IMG/VR virus record: IMGVR_UViG_3300045988_173913
Span: 1-41,679 of that record
Length of the DNA stretch: 41,679 nt
DNA from: a virus
Direction: 5' to 3' (one strand)
Position 1 is the stretch's first letter. Each line of letters opens with the position of its first letter. A program made the position numbers and the translations under genes. Below, piece by piece: positions 15,444 to 25,855 of this stretch. Below the pieces are notes generated by a model. The model did no database searches and was not told where the DNA came from. It saw only the letters and a program-made list of their open reading frames with translations.

Positions 15444-17514
15444 TTGATTGATTTATTTGAGTTTTGATTTCATCGACGAAAACTTTTATTGACTGGTCAT
15501 TGTCGCCAGCAACTGTGCCGCTTCCTTGCACTGTCGCGTCATTGGAATTGCCCGAAGCGTCTTTGACAAGCGTAGTCGTTGCATTACGCGCGATTGTGTA
15601 GTTTTCGAGCGCAAGCGAAACTTGCGAAGGCTTTAATGCGGGCGGAATAAGCCTGCCTGCCTCATAGTCCGCAATGCTGTATGGCGAGTCTTCCGCGCTT
15701 ATATCAAAATTAAAAATGTACAAATTGCGCAACATCATCGGATTCGCCGAAGCAGGCTGACTCGAAAAATTATAATTCGACGTATTAACCGCCCACTTCC
15801 TTGTGCCGCTTAGTGAGCTAACTACTGCATTTTTTAAACTTGAAGTTATATTCTGCTTTGCGCCGTCAATATAAATATCCCAATTCAACGCTTCGGCTGT
15901 GACAGCTCGGCAAATGCCTACTATTGTGTGCATTTTGCCTAAAAATTCGGATAGATTTACATCGCAATTTATTTCGGTTGTCTTTTGCGCTCCGTCTATC
16001 ATTAACGCAATTAACAAGCGAATTCGAGGAATATCGGAATTATTCGCAAAACTCAAAGCCATCCACGGGTCTGTTGAGCTCCCGTGGTCGCCGCATTGAA
16101 ACATGGTTTGAGCGAAACTGTCGCTTTGCCACGCATCAATTCGCACTGTCGCGCAAATCGAAAACGGGAAATTGGGAATCGCAAAATTTGAGCCTGAAAG
16201 CTTGCCTGAGTTAAAATACAGCGTGCCATACGGAAGCTTGGATAAAGTTAACGTAGATACATCTGCCTGAATCCCTGAGATTGCAGACTTATTCTGACTT
16301 ACGTTGCTTACAATATCTGACATACTTCCAGTCGAGATTGTCCCAGTGACAGTAAGATTTCCCGTAAAAGAAGTATTGCTAGATGTAGCAGACTGATTCT
16401 GTGTTTTAACTTTAATAGCCTGTACATCTGTCTGTAAATTGGATATATTATTTTCTGTTTCCTGCAACGATTCTTCTGTCAATTCAACACTACCTACTGA
16501 AACAGAACTTTCTACATCAATACTTCCTGAAAAATGCCCATTGGTAGCAGTAATTGAAGCCGTTTCGGAAGGTTGTGGATAACTGCCCGCAGCTAATACA
16601 AGATTGCCACCATAATCCACTGTACAGACGTTTTTGAGGTCTGACCCCCAACCGCCACCAACTATAAATAGAAGTTTCTGGTTATAATCAGGGGAGTTGT
16701 TTCTACCACACACAAATTGAGCATAAGACCCAGCTGTTGTACCTCTTCCCGTCGCAATGGAATAAGCTCCATAAGCATTAGAATCAAATCCTTGTGCAAA
16801 GGAAGCTTTACCAAGAGAATTGAGATTTGCGCCAAATGCAAAGGCGATATTGTTTAATACCACACTGCCTAATGTGGGACGAGTCATATTCCATAAGGAA
16901 TAAGCGTCGAAATTTAGCTCTGTTTGGCCTGCTCCTTCGTCAGGCAACCAAGTAGTGGTATTTGGCATCTCTTCTAATACAAAGTCTGTAAACTGACCAA
17001 GCGTTATCTTATTGCCCGATATAGCAGTTATTTGACCGCCGCAGATAAAGGTGTATTTGTTGCGGAAAGATATTAAGTCTCCAACTTCATACTGGGTGGT
17101 GAAGCCCGCCTTATAGAAATTACTCGCTGGGCTACTCTGATTTTCAATCCCTTGCTCATAAGTAAGCTCTTCATCTCCAACGTATATATCCATTGTCCCA
17201 GTTCCGTTGGAGAAATTTGTCTTATCAAAATATTGAATAAAGTACCCTTTGACTTGGACAGTATTGGGAGCTGCTATTTCTGTGGGTTTATTGGATATAG
17301 AATCCGAAAACTGTAAATTCCCAGATACTGTTAGCCCCTTCTCTATGGAAGTCCCACTTGGGCTGGCAGACATATTCTGGGTTCTTTCCTGCAAAATCCC
17401 TAATGCAGGATTAGCCGAGAGTAGTTCTTCTGCGGTAGGAGCAACCAACTCATTATCCTGATTTACAGATAACGATAAAGTTGGGTTTTCAGATGGTGTA
17501 AATTTTTCTGCCAT
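15436..17514 (-). CDS. Tail fibre protein
   Basis: 692 aa, rich in S/T/N/G. Last large gene of the tail module. It contains a coiled-coil-like segment and a repetitive beta-rich C-terminus. Confidence 0.5.
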   Translation of the reverse strand: MAEKFTPSENPTLSLSVNQDNELVAPTAEELLSANPALGILQERTQNMSASPSGTSIEKGLTVSGNLQFSDSISNKPTEIAAPNTVQVKGYFIQYFDKTNFSNGTGTMDIYVGDEELTYEQGIENQSSPASNFYKAGFTTQYEVGDLISFRNKYTFICGGQITAISGNKITLGQFTDFVLEEMPNTTTWLPDEGAGQTELNFDAYSLWNMTRPTLGSVVLNNIAFAFGANLNSLGKASFAQGFDSNAYGAYSIATGRGTTAGSYAQFVCGRNNSPDYNQKLLFIVGGGWGSDLKNVCTVDYGGNLVLAAGSYPQPSETASITATNGHFSGSIDVESSVSVGSVELTEESLQETENNISNLQTDVQAIKVKTQNQSATSSNTSFTGNLTVTGTISTGSMSDIVSNVSQNKSAISGIQADVSTLTLSKLPYGTLYFNSGKLSGSNFAIPNFPFSICATVRIDAWQSDSFAQTMFQCGDHGSSTDPWMALSFANNSDIPRIRLLIALMIDGAQKTTEINCDVNLSEFLGKMHTIVGICRAVTAEALNWDIYIDGAKQNITSSLKNAVVSSLSGTRKWAVNTSNYNFSSQPASANPMMLRNLYIFNFDISAEDSPYSIADYEAGRLIPPALKPSQVSLALENYTIARNATTTLVKDASGNSNDATVQGSGTVAGDNDQSIKVFVDEIKTQINQSNG

Positions 17515-17526
17515 ATTGTTATCTCT

Positions 17527-18276
17527 TTATTGTCCGATACAAGGATAGAACGCAATTCTGCCGATGCTCTTAACTTTATTTATAACTGAGTTAGATGGAA
17601 CGGGAATGAAAATTGCGCCAGTCCCGGTTCCCTCGTCATGATTTTGACCTCCTATCTCAAAAGGAATATTGTTAATTACTATATAAGAGTTATTCCATTC
17701 GCATACCGATGTGGCCGCGAAAACCCAACCGTAAGTATTTGGTAATGAATAATTCCAATTTTCATTATTATAATTGGAAGTAATTATCCATTGGGCTTTG
17801 CTATAATCAGGGAAAGAAGCATATGGATTTATGTTGACTGGCAATAGTTGCTTCCACCCAGTCCCAACTGAACTTGTTGCAACGTTATAGGGAACGTTTG
17901 TATTATTATCAATAGTGGATTGAAATAGCATTCTATTCGACCAATCACTATTTGGGACAACCCATATTATCGCTCCATTTGGATAACCTCCAATGCTAAC
18001 CTGATATGTCGCGTCATAAGTATTTATCATTTGCCCCATTTGAGTATTCATAAGTAGAGCAGATACCAACCCAAAAAGCCCATTAAAGTCTGCGCCCGAC
18101 GGCGCATTATTTGGCTGAAAGGTTTGTTCTGGGAATCCGTCTTGCCAAGATGCCTTTACCGACCCAGACGGTGAGGTTGTAGGAATACTTGCAGGCAATG
18201 TCTTATATGTCGCATTGCTTCCAAACACATTTGGTATCTTAAAATTATTTCCTTCTAAACTGCCCGCAACTGCCAT
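17527..18276 (-). CDS. Tail fibre/baseplate-associated protein
   Basis: 249-aa ORF rich in N/G/W, sitting in the tail module. Confidence 0.35.
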   Translation of the reverse strand: MAVAGSLEGNNFKIPNVFGSNATYKTLPASIPTTSPSGSVKASWQDGFPEQTFQPNNAPSGADFNGLFGLVSALLMNTQMGQMINTYDATYQVSIGGYPNGAIIWVVPNSDWSNRMLFQSTIDNNTNVPYNVATSSVGTGWKQLLPVNINPYASFPDYSKAQWIITSNYNNENWNYSLPNTYGWVFAATSVCEWNNSYIVINNIPFEIGGQNHDEGTGTGAIFIPVPSNSVINKVKSIGRIAFYPCIGQ

Positions 18277-18617
18277 TATTCAGTCCCTTCTTGATAAATA
18301 TAAAATTGTGGAGGCGTCTCTAATTCACCTTGTATATATACATTGTACCATAGCCCATTGTCAACATTATACAGTTGAAAGTTTCCGTCACTGTCAAGTC
18401 TATAATTGGACTTTACTCCACCAGGTACATAAGGAATTATACCGTCAGGCAATTTCATCTCAACGCCCTCTAAATCAGGCAATTCAGATGTCGCAATTTG
18501 CAAAGTTCCATCTTGCCCAACTATCCATATCTGATGAAATCCGCCTTGCCCATTATTACTATCTGGGTTGAAGATTTCAAACATATAAGATGTTGTTATT
18601 CTAAAATTAGTAGCCAT
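18276..18617 (-). CDS. Tail-module hypothetical protein
   Basis: 113-aa ORF, coupled to its neighbours by ATGA overlap. Confidence 0.35.
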   Translation of the reverse strand: MATNFRITTSYMFEIFNPDSNNGQGGFHQIWIVGQDGTLQIATSELPDLEGVEMKLPDGIIPYVPGGVKSNYRLDSDGNFQLYNVDNGLWYNVYIQGELETPPQFYIYQEGTE

Positions 18618-18638
18618 AACAATATAAAGTTATATGTG

Positions 18639-19427
18639 TTAAAACTGCGATAGCGCACCATATCCGCTTTCCCATTCCGCTACGTCGCCAGTTGAAGTTA
18701 GGGGTAGCCACGTTTTCATTTGAGCTTCATTCCACCCAAATGTGTTCCCAATATCTACAAATCCATAATTCATCATTACACCCATAGGTCTTGGAGAGAA
18801 GTCATCGCTTGTAATGATAGATAAATCTGCCGCGGAGGGAAGTTCCTTATTAAAAACGATGCTCATCGTCATATCATAATAGTCCTGAACATATGCATTG
18901 TAATTCTTTTTCCACCCAGTTTCAGGAGAGAACTCGCCCAATACACTTTGGAGAAAATCATTTATGTCAACGATACTTGCATTACTGTGCAAAAGCTTCA
19001 ACTTTGCCAATAGGCATCTACGGAAGGTTTCATCGTCTAACTGATTAGGTCGCGGGATAGAATCTTCAAGCGGAGAAGATTCTATATTCAGCTGCGGCAC
19101 TGTCCCAGAAATCCATACCGAGTGCCATCTCCCAGTATCGACATTCTTGAATCGGAATATCCCATTTTTGTCAATTCCCCCATTAACAGCCTGCACCGAT
19201 GGGCGTTTCACTCCCAAAATATTTGCCCATACATTTAATCCAAAAGTATTTGCTGTAAGCAAGTTAAAAACGTCGTTGTACCAATCATTGAAGAAATCCC
19301 TTACGTTCTTGTTGTAAAATGCAAATTCATTCTCAATTATTTGAGCCAAATTAGGAGCATTGCAATATTGCCAGATAAGAACATCGTTCTCTCCCCAAAT
19401 TGAAAAATCTGCTTTCCCTATTTGCAT
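18639..19427 (-). CDS. Baseplate protein (gpI-like position)
   Basis: 262-aa ORF downstream of the large baseplate gene. Confidence 0.35.
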   Translation of the reverse strand: MQIGKADFSIWGENDVLIWQYCNAPNLAQIIENEFAFYNKNVRDFFNDWYNDVFNLLTANTFGLNVWANILGVKRPSVQAVNGGIDKNGIFRFKNVDTGRWHSVWISGTVPQLNIESSPLEDSIPRPNQLDDETFRRCLLAKLKLLHSNASIVDINDFLQSVLGEFSPETGWKKNYNAYVQDYYDMTMSIVFNKELPSAADLSIITSDDFSPRPMGVMMNYGFVDIGNTFGWNEAQMKTWLPLTSTGDVAEWESGYGALSQF

Positions 19428-19432
19428 TGTCT

Positions 19433-21067
19433 TTAAGATAAAAGATTTACGGTTATATTGTTTGTAGTTATTGTAGCTATCTGAATTTTTGAGATAGCAA
19501 TCTCATTAGAGGTATTAGGATTTGGAGATGTCCCTATGTAGCAAGAAGGAATGTATATGGGAAGATTCTGCATCAATATACTTGATATTTCAAATGCGGA
19601 TATACTCCTGCCAATCTTTATTTTTAAAGATTCGTCAATATCTAAGTTCCCTGAAAACCAATTTAATAATACCTCCTGTATGGCAACTTCTACATTGCCG
19701 CCATATCCATTGTTTCTAACGTCTAAGTAAACGTATATGGGAACGGGAGTCGCATAATTAAACGTCATAGTGTAAGAGCCGCCATCGCTTCCTGTGATAT
19801 TTACGTTTCTTACATTGTCGGGATTTGAGACAGGTTGCATTCCGCAACCACCAGAACGTTTACTCAGAATCGCATTAGCGACTAAATTATCAAAGTCTCC
19901 CGCACTATTCCCACCAGCAACAACAATCATAACACTATGGGAATTTATTTGTTCTCCCTCTGGGATTGGTATGCCAAAACTATTATTAGAAGTTAGTGTT
20001 TGACTTGTATAGTTCTCGATTACTTCGCAACTTAGCAACCCATTTATATCAAACAAAGCGGCTTTTAGAGACTCTACCGTTCCAGTCGAGTACTTTGCCT
20101 TTGTGTCCTGCACATATACCCTAAATTGAGAATCGGACATAGAGTCAAATCCCACATTAGCCATACTGGGATTATAAACCGTCTCTAAGCCATCTGGCGG
20201 ATTTACGAGTACTGTAAGCTCGCCAACTCCTACTACTATTGCCCCACTATTTTGAGCTACAAACGTCCCATAGCCCTGACCAGTAGAATCTAAAAGTATT
20301 CCTGAACTTAGCGAAAAAAGTTCTCCATTTGTTGCTTGCGCAACCGTTCCTGCGGGAGCGTAGCAATAATTCAACGCATTTTCACTCGTAATATTATCGG
20401 AAGTTGTTGAATCGGACAATGAATATGATGCAGTTATTTGATTTCTTGAATTTTGAGAAGGCAATATAGTTGCTGTAATGGTCACCACATTGCTACTCGC
20501 AACTGCATTCATTGTTGTTGCGCCAGAAGGATTTAAAGTAGTATTTGCGTTTATAGCATTTGCAATATTTGTTGCCGTTTGAGCAGTTGTAGTGCCAATC
20601 TGAACTCCTCCTGATGTCCCGAAAGTAAATACGGACTCAGTTGCCGAGGCGAAATCATTGTTCAATACATAAGATACTGTTAATGTATCATTTGCAGATG
20701 GATTTTTGTTTACAGTAATTGTCGCAGTTGGATAATTTGCAGGCGTACCCGTCAAAAGAACGTTTAATATCTCGCTATTTCTTCCAGACGGTCTATTGAC
20801 TCCAAAAAATGCACCGTGCGCATCTAAAAATATCCCAAAAGCCCGATTAGGATTAAGTTGGTTTGCGACCATTGTACACGCTCCTAATGTACCCTTTCTA
20901 ATCATTGCTTCCGTTTCTATTATGCGCCCTTGCGGAGTACTACTATCAACAGATAGCTGAGAGCCAAAGAGATTTTTCCACTCTGTCTGCAATTCAGAAA
21001 TAACGCTATCTGTATTGGGAACAATTGTCCCGCTACTTGTTATATAAGTTATAAGGTCATCAGCCAT
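19433..21067 (-). CDS. Baseplate wedge protein (gpJ/gp6-like position) with a central Ig-like insertion
   Basis: 544 aa. Lies between the gp25-like gene and the gpI-like gene. AAGGA RBS. Confidence 0.4.
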   Translation of the reverse strand: MADDLITYITSSGTIVPNTDSVISELQTEWKNLFGSQLSVDSSTPQGRIIETEAMIRKGTLGACTMVANQLNPNRAFGIFLDAHGAFFGVNRPSGRNSEILNVLLTGTPANYPTATITVNKNPSANDTLTVSYVLNNDFASATESVFTFGTSGGVQIGTTTAQTATNIANAINANTTLNPSGATTMNAVASSNVVTITATILPSQNSRNQITASYSLSDSTTSDNITSENALNYCYAPAGTVAQATNGELFSLSSGILLDSTGQGYGTFVAQNSGAIVVGVGELTVLVNPPDGLETVYNPSMANVGFDSMSDSQFRVYVQDTKAKYSTGTVESLKAALFDINGLLSCEVIENYTSQTLTSNNSFGIPIPEGEQINSHSVMIVVAGGNSAGDFDNLVANAILSKRSGGCGMQPVSNPDNVRNVNITGSDGGSYTMTFNYATPVPIYVYLDVRNNGYGGNVEVAIQEVLLNWFSGNLDIDESLKIKIGRSISAFEISSILMQNLPIYIPSCYIGTSPNPNTSNEIAISKIQIATITTNNITVNLLS

Positions 21068-21458
21068 TTGTAAAAATCCTGTATCCGTAAGTTGTTGTTA
21101 TTCCGCAAGTATATTTAAGCTTTCTATTTGCGCTGTCCAATTCTGGGTTTATATATGCAACAGACACTACTTCGTCCGTGCCTTCTATTGTCTTTTTTAA
21201 ATTATCTGCCCACAGTGGCAAGTAAAAAGGATTATCAAATATTGTTTCGACGTAAGGAATCCCTTTATTCATATCAAAGAGTAGCTCATACTTGCGAGTT
21301 TGGACTCTATTTTTCACAACTCGCATTACGGCTTCCTCCCCAGACAACATCGCCAAATTCTTACCAGACTCGTCTAATCCAATATCGTTCTCACATAGTC
21401 CAACATAGTTGCCATTGTTGTCATATTTTGTGTAGTCAAATGTCTTTAAAGTAGTCAT
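21060..21458 (-). CDS. Baseplate wedge protein (gp25/gpW-like), started at the ATG that overlaps the upstream stop
   Basis: The track start at 21503 is a TTG with no RBS. The ATG at 21458 gives a 132-aa protein, a size typical of gp25-like proteins. Confidence 0.35.
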   Translation of the reverse strand: MTTLKTFDYTKYDNNGNYVGLCENDIGLDESGKNLAMLSGEEAVMRVVKNRVQTRKYELLFDMNKGIPYVETIFDNPFYLPLWADNLKKTIEGTDEVVSVAYINPELDSANRKLKYTCGITTTYGYRIFTNG

Positions 21459-23164
21459 TAGTTTTTCATTCCCGACGTAGCCCCATGTACTCCTTGATGC
21501 CAATGAGTGGTGACATTTATATCATTGTTAGTCAATGTTCCGTTAATAGTAGTATTCGCGTTAATTGTCAATGATTTAGCATTGATTATAATTGTGCCAT
21601 CTGGATTTACCACTATGCCTCCTACCCCATCTAAGGACTGAATACAGATACCGTTATTACCGCCATTTGTTATAGAAAAACCCTTTGGTAGTATTATTTC
21701 AGGCTCAAAGTATCCCCAAGATAATTGGTGGAAAAGTTGCGAACGCGGATTCACCCCTCCCTTTGGAAATTCACTGCTCTGACGCCAAACATCAGCGTCT
21801 ATATCAGATGCGACCACCCAACCAGTTGTTCCTTCGACAACTGGGAATCTTATAACACACCCGTTTGCAGCAGGCATTTTTATTGGTATATTGTAAAGAT
21901 TCTGATAGGGAATGAACTCTCGCTGCCCATTTTTTATCAATGTGCTCATCTTCTGAATCGGAATAGAAACACTCACGGTATTTTTACCCGAATTTACAGA
22001 AGTCACAACGCAAGGAATCCTAACTTGCAATCCATCAAAAGCTGCCCCAGAAATCGATTGGGCTGTTTGGATAAGGGTTCTTGGAGGATTGCTCATCATA
22101 TTTTCAAATGACGCACTAAATATGCTACTATTCTGAGAGGTAGATGAACTATTCTCTTTTATGTAGCGAATTGCCTTTATATTTTGATAGAAGCTTTGTC
22201 CTCTAAGTTGCAATTCATAAGAAACGGAAGTTATCTCATAAGGGATATTATAGCTTGAAGCATCGTTCCCAGTGGCAAAAACTTTACTTTTAAGCAAGAA
22301 TTGCTCACCCGCTCTAACCTTCTCTGAAAATAGAGTTTTCAACTCCACCCCATAGAAATTAGGGTCAGGAATGCCAATCATAGTAGCCATAGTCCCATTT
22401 GTATGGGCACTGATTACCTTGCCTGCATTTTCCAACGCAGGAGAACTCATATTTGAAAGATAAATGTTATAATCTAAATCGTTAGGCAGAAGCTTTATAT
22501 TCATTCCCTCCTGAATGAATTGCATTCCGTTGAATTTGAACAATTCATTTTGCAAGAAATTGCTCATCTTCCCACTATACATATATCCATTTGATATTAG
22601 TGTATAGTATTTTAAGGCAACTGGTGTACGATTACTCATCAGCCAATCAAACACAGATATATCTACCGTAAACTTATAATAGGTAAGTATCTTTACTACC
22701 ATATCCAACATAGATATTTCTGTATCAGCATTTATCCCTACCGATGACAGATTTATGTCAACATTCATATTAGAGAAGTTCTCCATCGCCGTGATTGAGA
22801 ATATTGTATCTGGCCGCCCTTGCGTTAATTTGGCGAACAGAACTTCTCCCGAATAGACTAAGGGAAGATTCTCCTTCGTCTTTGGAGAATCCCTATCCTC
22901 GTATCCCGCATAAATCTTAACTTCTTTCTTTTGTTCTGGGTAATAATTCTTTGTCGTAAAAGAACTTACTACGTTAGGATTTAAGTTAAAAATCAGTATG
23001 CTTGCTTGCCCAAGACCTCCAACGCTTCGCTCCCAAGACGCTTGAACTTCGGCAATATTTTGCTTCTCATTGACAATATAAGTACTATTTGTCGCAGTAT
23101 CTATAAGTTCTACAATAATACGTCTTTGCGAGAGCTTTTGACTTAACCGTACGTCCTCTGCCAT
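21458..23164 (-). CDS. Baseplate hub/central spike protein with a C-terminal beta-helix and an HxH apex motif
   Basis: The C-terminus NGGNNGICIQSLDGVGGIVVNPDGTIIINAKSLTINANTTINGTLTNNDINVTTHWHQGVHG carries repetitive beta-helix-like GxxV repeats. Terminal His pairs of this kind occur in gpV/gp5 spike tips. Confidence 0.45.
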   Translation of the reverse strand: MAEDVRLSQKLSQRRIIVELIDTATNSTYIVNEKQNIAEVQASWERSVGGLGQASILIFNLNPNVVSSFTTKNYYPEQKKEVKIYAGYEDRDSPKTKENLPLVYSGEVLFAKLTQGRPDTIFSITAMENFSNMNVDINLSSVGINADTEISMLDMVVKILTYYKFTVDISVFDWLMSNRTPVALKYYTLISNGYMYSGKMSNFLQNELFKFNGMQFIQEGMNIKLLPNDLDYNIYLSNMSSPALENAGKVISAHTNGTMATMIGIPDPNFYGVELKTLFSEKVRAGEQFLLKSKVFATGNDASSYNIPYEITSVSYELQLRGQSFYQNIKAIRYIKENSSSTSQNSSIFSASFENMMSNPPRTLIQTAQSISGAAFDGLQVRIPCVVTSVNSGKNTVSVSIPIQKMSTLIKNGQREFIPYQNLYNIPIKMPAANGCVIRFPVVEGTTGWVVASDIDADVWRQSSEFPKGGVNPRSQLFHQLSWGYFEPEIILPKGFSITNGGNNGICIQSLDGVGGIVVNPDGTIIINAKSLTINANTTINGTLTNNDINVTTHWHQGVHGATSGMKN

Positions 23165-23544
23165 TATGAAGAACTTTCTATTTCCGATAAAGGAACAAAT
23201 TTTAGATTTTGAGACTGGTTGAAATAATAGAAATACGGATATTTTCGGGCAGGAGTATAAAGCGGCGCAATATTACTTGGGAGCGTGAAACTATTCCAAG
23301 ACGGGGATTCCTCTCCCCTACAATCAAACATAAAATTTCCACCTATTTGATTTTGCAAATATTCAGGCAAAATATATTCGTTTGGAACACATAATATACC
23401 TCTACATATCCAGTTTCCGTTCATCTGAATATCGATAAATGTAAATCCATTGTATGAAAACAAATGGATAACATACGCATTATCGCCATAAGAGAAAGTA
23501 TATTCCTTATTATGTAGCCTGTCTATTTGTACATTCTCTGCCAT
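23164..23544 (-). CDS. Tail-module hypothetical protein (start moved to the ATG at 23544 with a GGAG RBS)
   Basis: The track ORF 23164-23631 overlaps the upstream gene by 74 nt. The internal ATG removes the overlap. Confidence 0.35.
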   Translation of the reverse strand: MAENVQIDRLHNKEYTFSYGDNAYVIHLFSYNGFTFIDIQMNGNWICRGILCVPNEYILPEYLQNQIGGNFMFDCRGEESPSWNSFTLPSNIAPLYTPARKYPYFYYFNQSQNLKFVPLSEIESSS

Positions 23545-23557
23545 TAAAATCTCCTTC

Positions 23558-24190
23558 CTATGAGGTTGGGACTCCTGATTGCTTTTCAAGTGGATATACC
23601 ATTTGAACCTCTCTCCAATTCGTATTAACAACTATGCGACTCATCTTTTCTACTGTATATGAAGGATAAAATCCCTGTAATGCCATATTCCGATAAGTCC
23701 TGCCTTTTGCTACAATCACACAGAGCGTTTGTTTATTTAGGAGGTCATTCAACTCATTAAATACTTCTGTATAAAAGAAGTTGGGAGTAGAAATCATCGC
23801 AGTAAATGTATCAGGATTACGAATAGAATGGTCTGTTATGAAGTTTTGCGCATTAGGTTGCGACGAATCAGATACATTCCATTCTAATGGGTGTGTGAAA
23901 GTAGTGACAGATGACCCTCCATCAGCTTGAATTGGTTCATTCTCAAATGCCCACGCAATAACGGCGTTCAGAATGTTGTTATCTATTGCCGACTTGCCTC
24001 CAACAAGAATTTCCTCCGTCGTCCCCGAAAACACTCCGCCTAAAACGGTGTTTGTATCTATGCCAATCATACTTAGCAATCCATTGCCTTCTTCGTATCC
24101 GTCCTCTTTAAAGAAGGCTATATTTTTCTGGTTTAATAATAATCCAGAAGCCGTTTTTGCTAAGTTTATGATGTTTGCTAAATCTGCCAT
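23558..24190 (-). CDS. Post-tape-measure tail protein
   Basis: 210-aa ORF directly downstream of the tape measure gene. Confidence 0.35.
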   Translation of the reverse strand: MADLANIINLAKTASGLLLNQKNIAFFKEDGYEEGNGLLSMIGIDTNTVLGGVFSGTTEEILVGGKSAIDNNILNAVIAWAFENEPIQADGGSSVTTFTHPLEWNVSDSSQPNAQNFITDHSIRNPDTFTAMISTPNFFYTEVFNELNDLLNKQTLCVIVAKGRTYRNMALQGFYPSYTVEKMSRIVVNTNWREVQMVYPLEKQSGVPTS

Positions 24191-24196
24191 ATCTCA

Positions 24197-25855
24197 TCAA
24201 TAGTTAGGCGCATAATAAAGTGCATTGCGTTCCCAAGTATCGGGATTTCTCAGATAGAATGGGACAACAGAGTTCTGTTGAGGTTGGGAATAATATATGT
24301 TATAATTATTATTAGTAGTATTATAGCTATCTGTTATGCTTGATTTCTCGATAGACGAGGCCATGTCTTGCAACCAACCTAATTCAGACACTCCATATTT
24401 CCTATCTAAATATTTCTTGCGGTCAGCTTCTGAAAGTAGATGCAAATTCTCGTCCATTGTACCGCCTCCCATAGGGGTAGGAGTAAGCGAAAGCGTAGCT
24501 CCGCCTAAAAGCCTACTAATAAATGCTCCCCCACGAGCCATACCGCCACTGACCTTAGAACCGAAATTCTTTGCGGAAGTCCAAATTTTCCCAAACTTAG
24601 AGGTAATCGCTCCTGCCGCTGCACCGCCGAATATCCCTGATAACGAATTTGCCAAGCTTGAACCTATTTGTGGAATTAGACCTGCAAGCTCTTTTATCGC
24701 ATTAGAGTTTACCATAATGCCCGCTATCAATTCAGAATTTGACTGTATAAGCCCACTAATCTTATTGTCAATAGGAGAAAAAAAGGCGAGAGCTTTCTCG
24801 GTTGAGCTTCTAAGAGATTCTGTTGCAATCGCATTCTGCTCTAATGCTTGAATATTTCTCTCATCGACTGAGAATGTCCCTAATTCTCCACTAAATAAGT
24901 CGGCGCGAGATGACATTATCGCCCTTTTCTGGGCATCATCAAGTGGCAGCTGAGAAAGGAGGGCATTTATCTCATTTCTGCTTAAATCTCCACGCTGAAC
25001 TCTTGCGCGGATTTTATTGATTAGTTGCTCAGGAGAAGTCCGAGGAGATATTCCTCCAATGCCATACATACCCAGAGTTTGCAACAGCCCTGTATCTCCC
25101 CTTGCAATGCCTCCTAATCCCGCTGAAAGCGCACTTAAAGTGCCTAATGTGCCTTCGGCACTACCTCCCAACGATACCATTTTTGCCGCATAATTTCTTG
25201 CGCGAGCATTGCCAATCCCAGAAAGCATTAGCAAATTCTCATAACGAAGATTCTCGCTCCGAAGTCCCATTCGGTTTTGGTAATCCCCATAAGTGGCAAG
25301 CCCTAACTTCCCCAAGAATTTAGTAATTGCGACTATTCTATTTGAGAAATTCTTTCTTCGCGTTTCCGCTTCCCTTGCGGCGGCTTTTTCCTCTCTTGCA
25401 GCTTCTTTCGCTGCTCTAAGCTTTTCTCTCGCTGCTTCTTTTGCAGCTCTTTCTTCTATTTTTGCCGCTTTTTCTGCCGCTTCGATTCTGAGTAATTCTG
25501 GGCTTTTCTGCGTAATTCTTACAGATACTCTTCCTCCAAGACTCTTTAATTCTTTGGAGGTTAATGCCATTCCCTTAAACTCTTTGTTTATAAGTTTTAA
25601 TGCAGATACTTCCTTGCCCAATGCGGCGGTTGAAGCCTTTGTCCCTACCAATACAGCCTCATTAGCTTTCTTTACAGATTCCTTTATCTTATTGGAAATA
25701 TCTCCTAACTTATTGGCAATTTTAAGTTGAGATTGCCCAAGAGACGCACTGAATTTGTCAAGGTCTTTTCCTAAATGCGTAATGAGAGTCCGTATTTCTT
25801 GAACTCCCTTCGCTTGAAAGTTTATGTATGCTGTCTTTAAGACCTCTTTACTCAT
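24197..25855 (-). CDS. Tail tape measure protein
   Basis: 552 aa. It has a long Ala/Lys/Glu coiled-coil (AEKAAKIEERAAKEAAREKLRAAKEAAREEKAAAREAETRRK) and Gly-rich C-terminal segments. It sits after the chaperone gene. Confidence 0.6.
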   Translation of the reverse strand: MSKEVLKTAYINFQAKGVQEIRTLITHLGKDLDKFSASLGQSQLKIANKLGDISNKIKESVKKANEAVLVGTKASTAALGKEVSALKLINKEFKGMALTSKELKSLGGRVSVRITQKSPELLRIEAAEKAAKIEERAAKEAAREKLRAAKEAAREEKAAAREAETRRKNFSNRIVAITKFLGKLGLATYGDYQNRMGLRSENLRYENLLMLSGIGNARARNYAAKMVSLGGSAEGTLGTLSALSAGLGGIARGDTGLLQTLGMYGIGGISPRTSPEQLINKIRARVQRGDLSRNEINALLSQLPLDDAQKRAIMSSRADLFSGELGTFSVDERNIQALEQNAIATESLRSSTEKALAFFSPIDNKISGLIQSNSELIAGIMVNSNAIKELAGLIPQIGSSLANSLSGIFGGAAAGAITSKFGKIWTSAKNFGSKVSGGMARGGAFISRLLGGATLSLTPTPMGGGTMDENLHLLSEADRKKYLDRKYGVSELGWLQDMASSIEKSSITDSYNTTNNNYNIYYSQPQQNSVVPFYLRNPDTWERNALYYAPNY

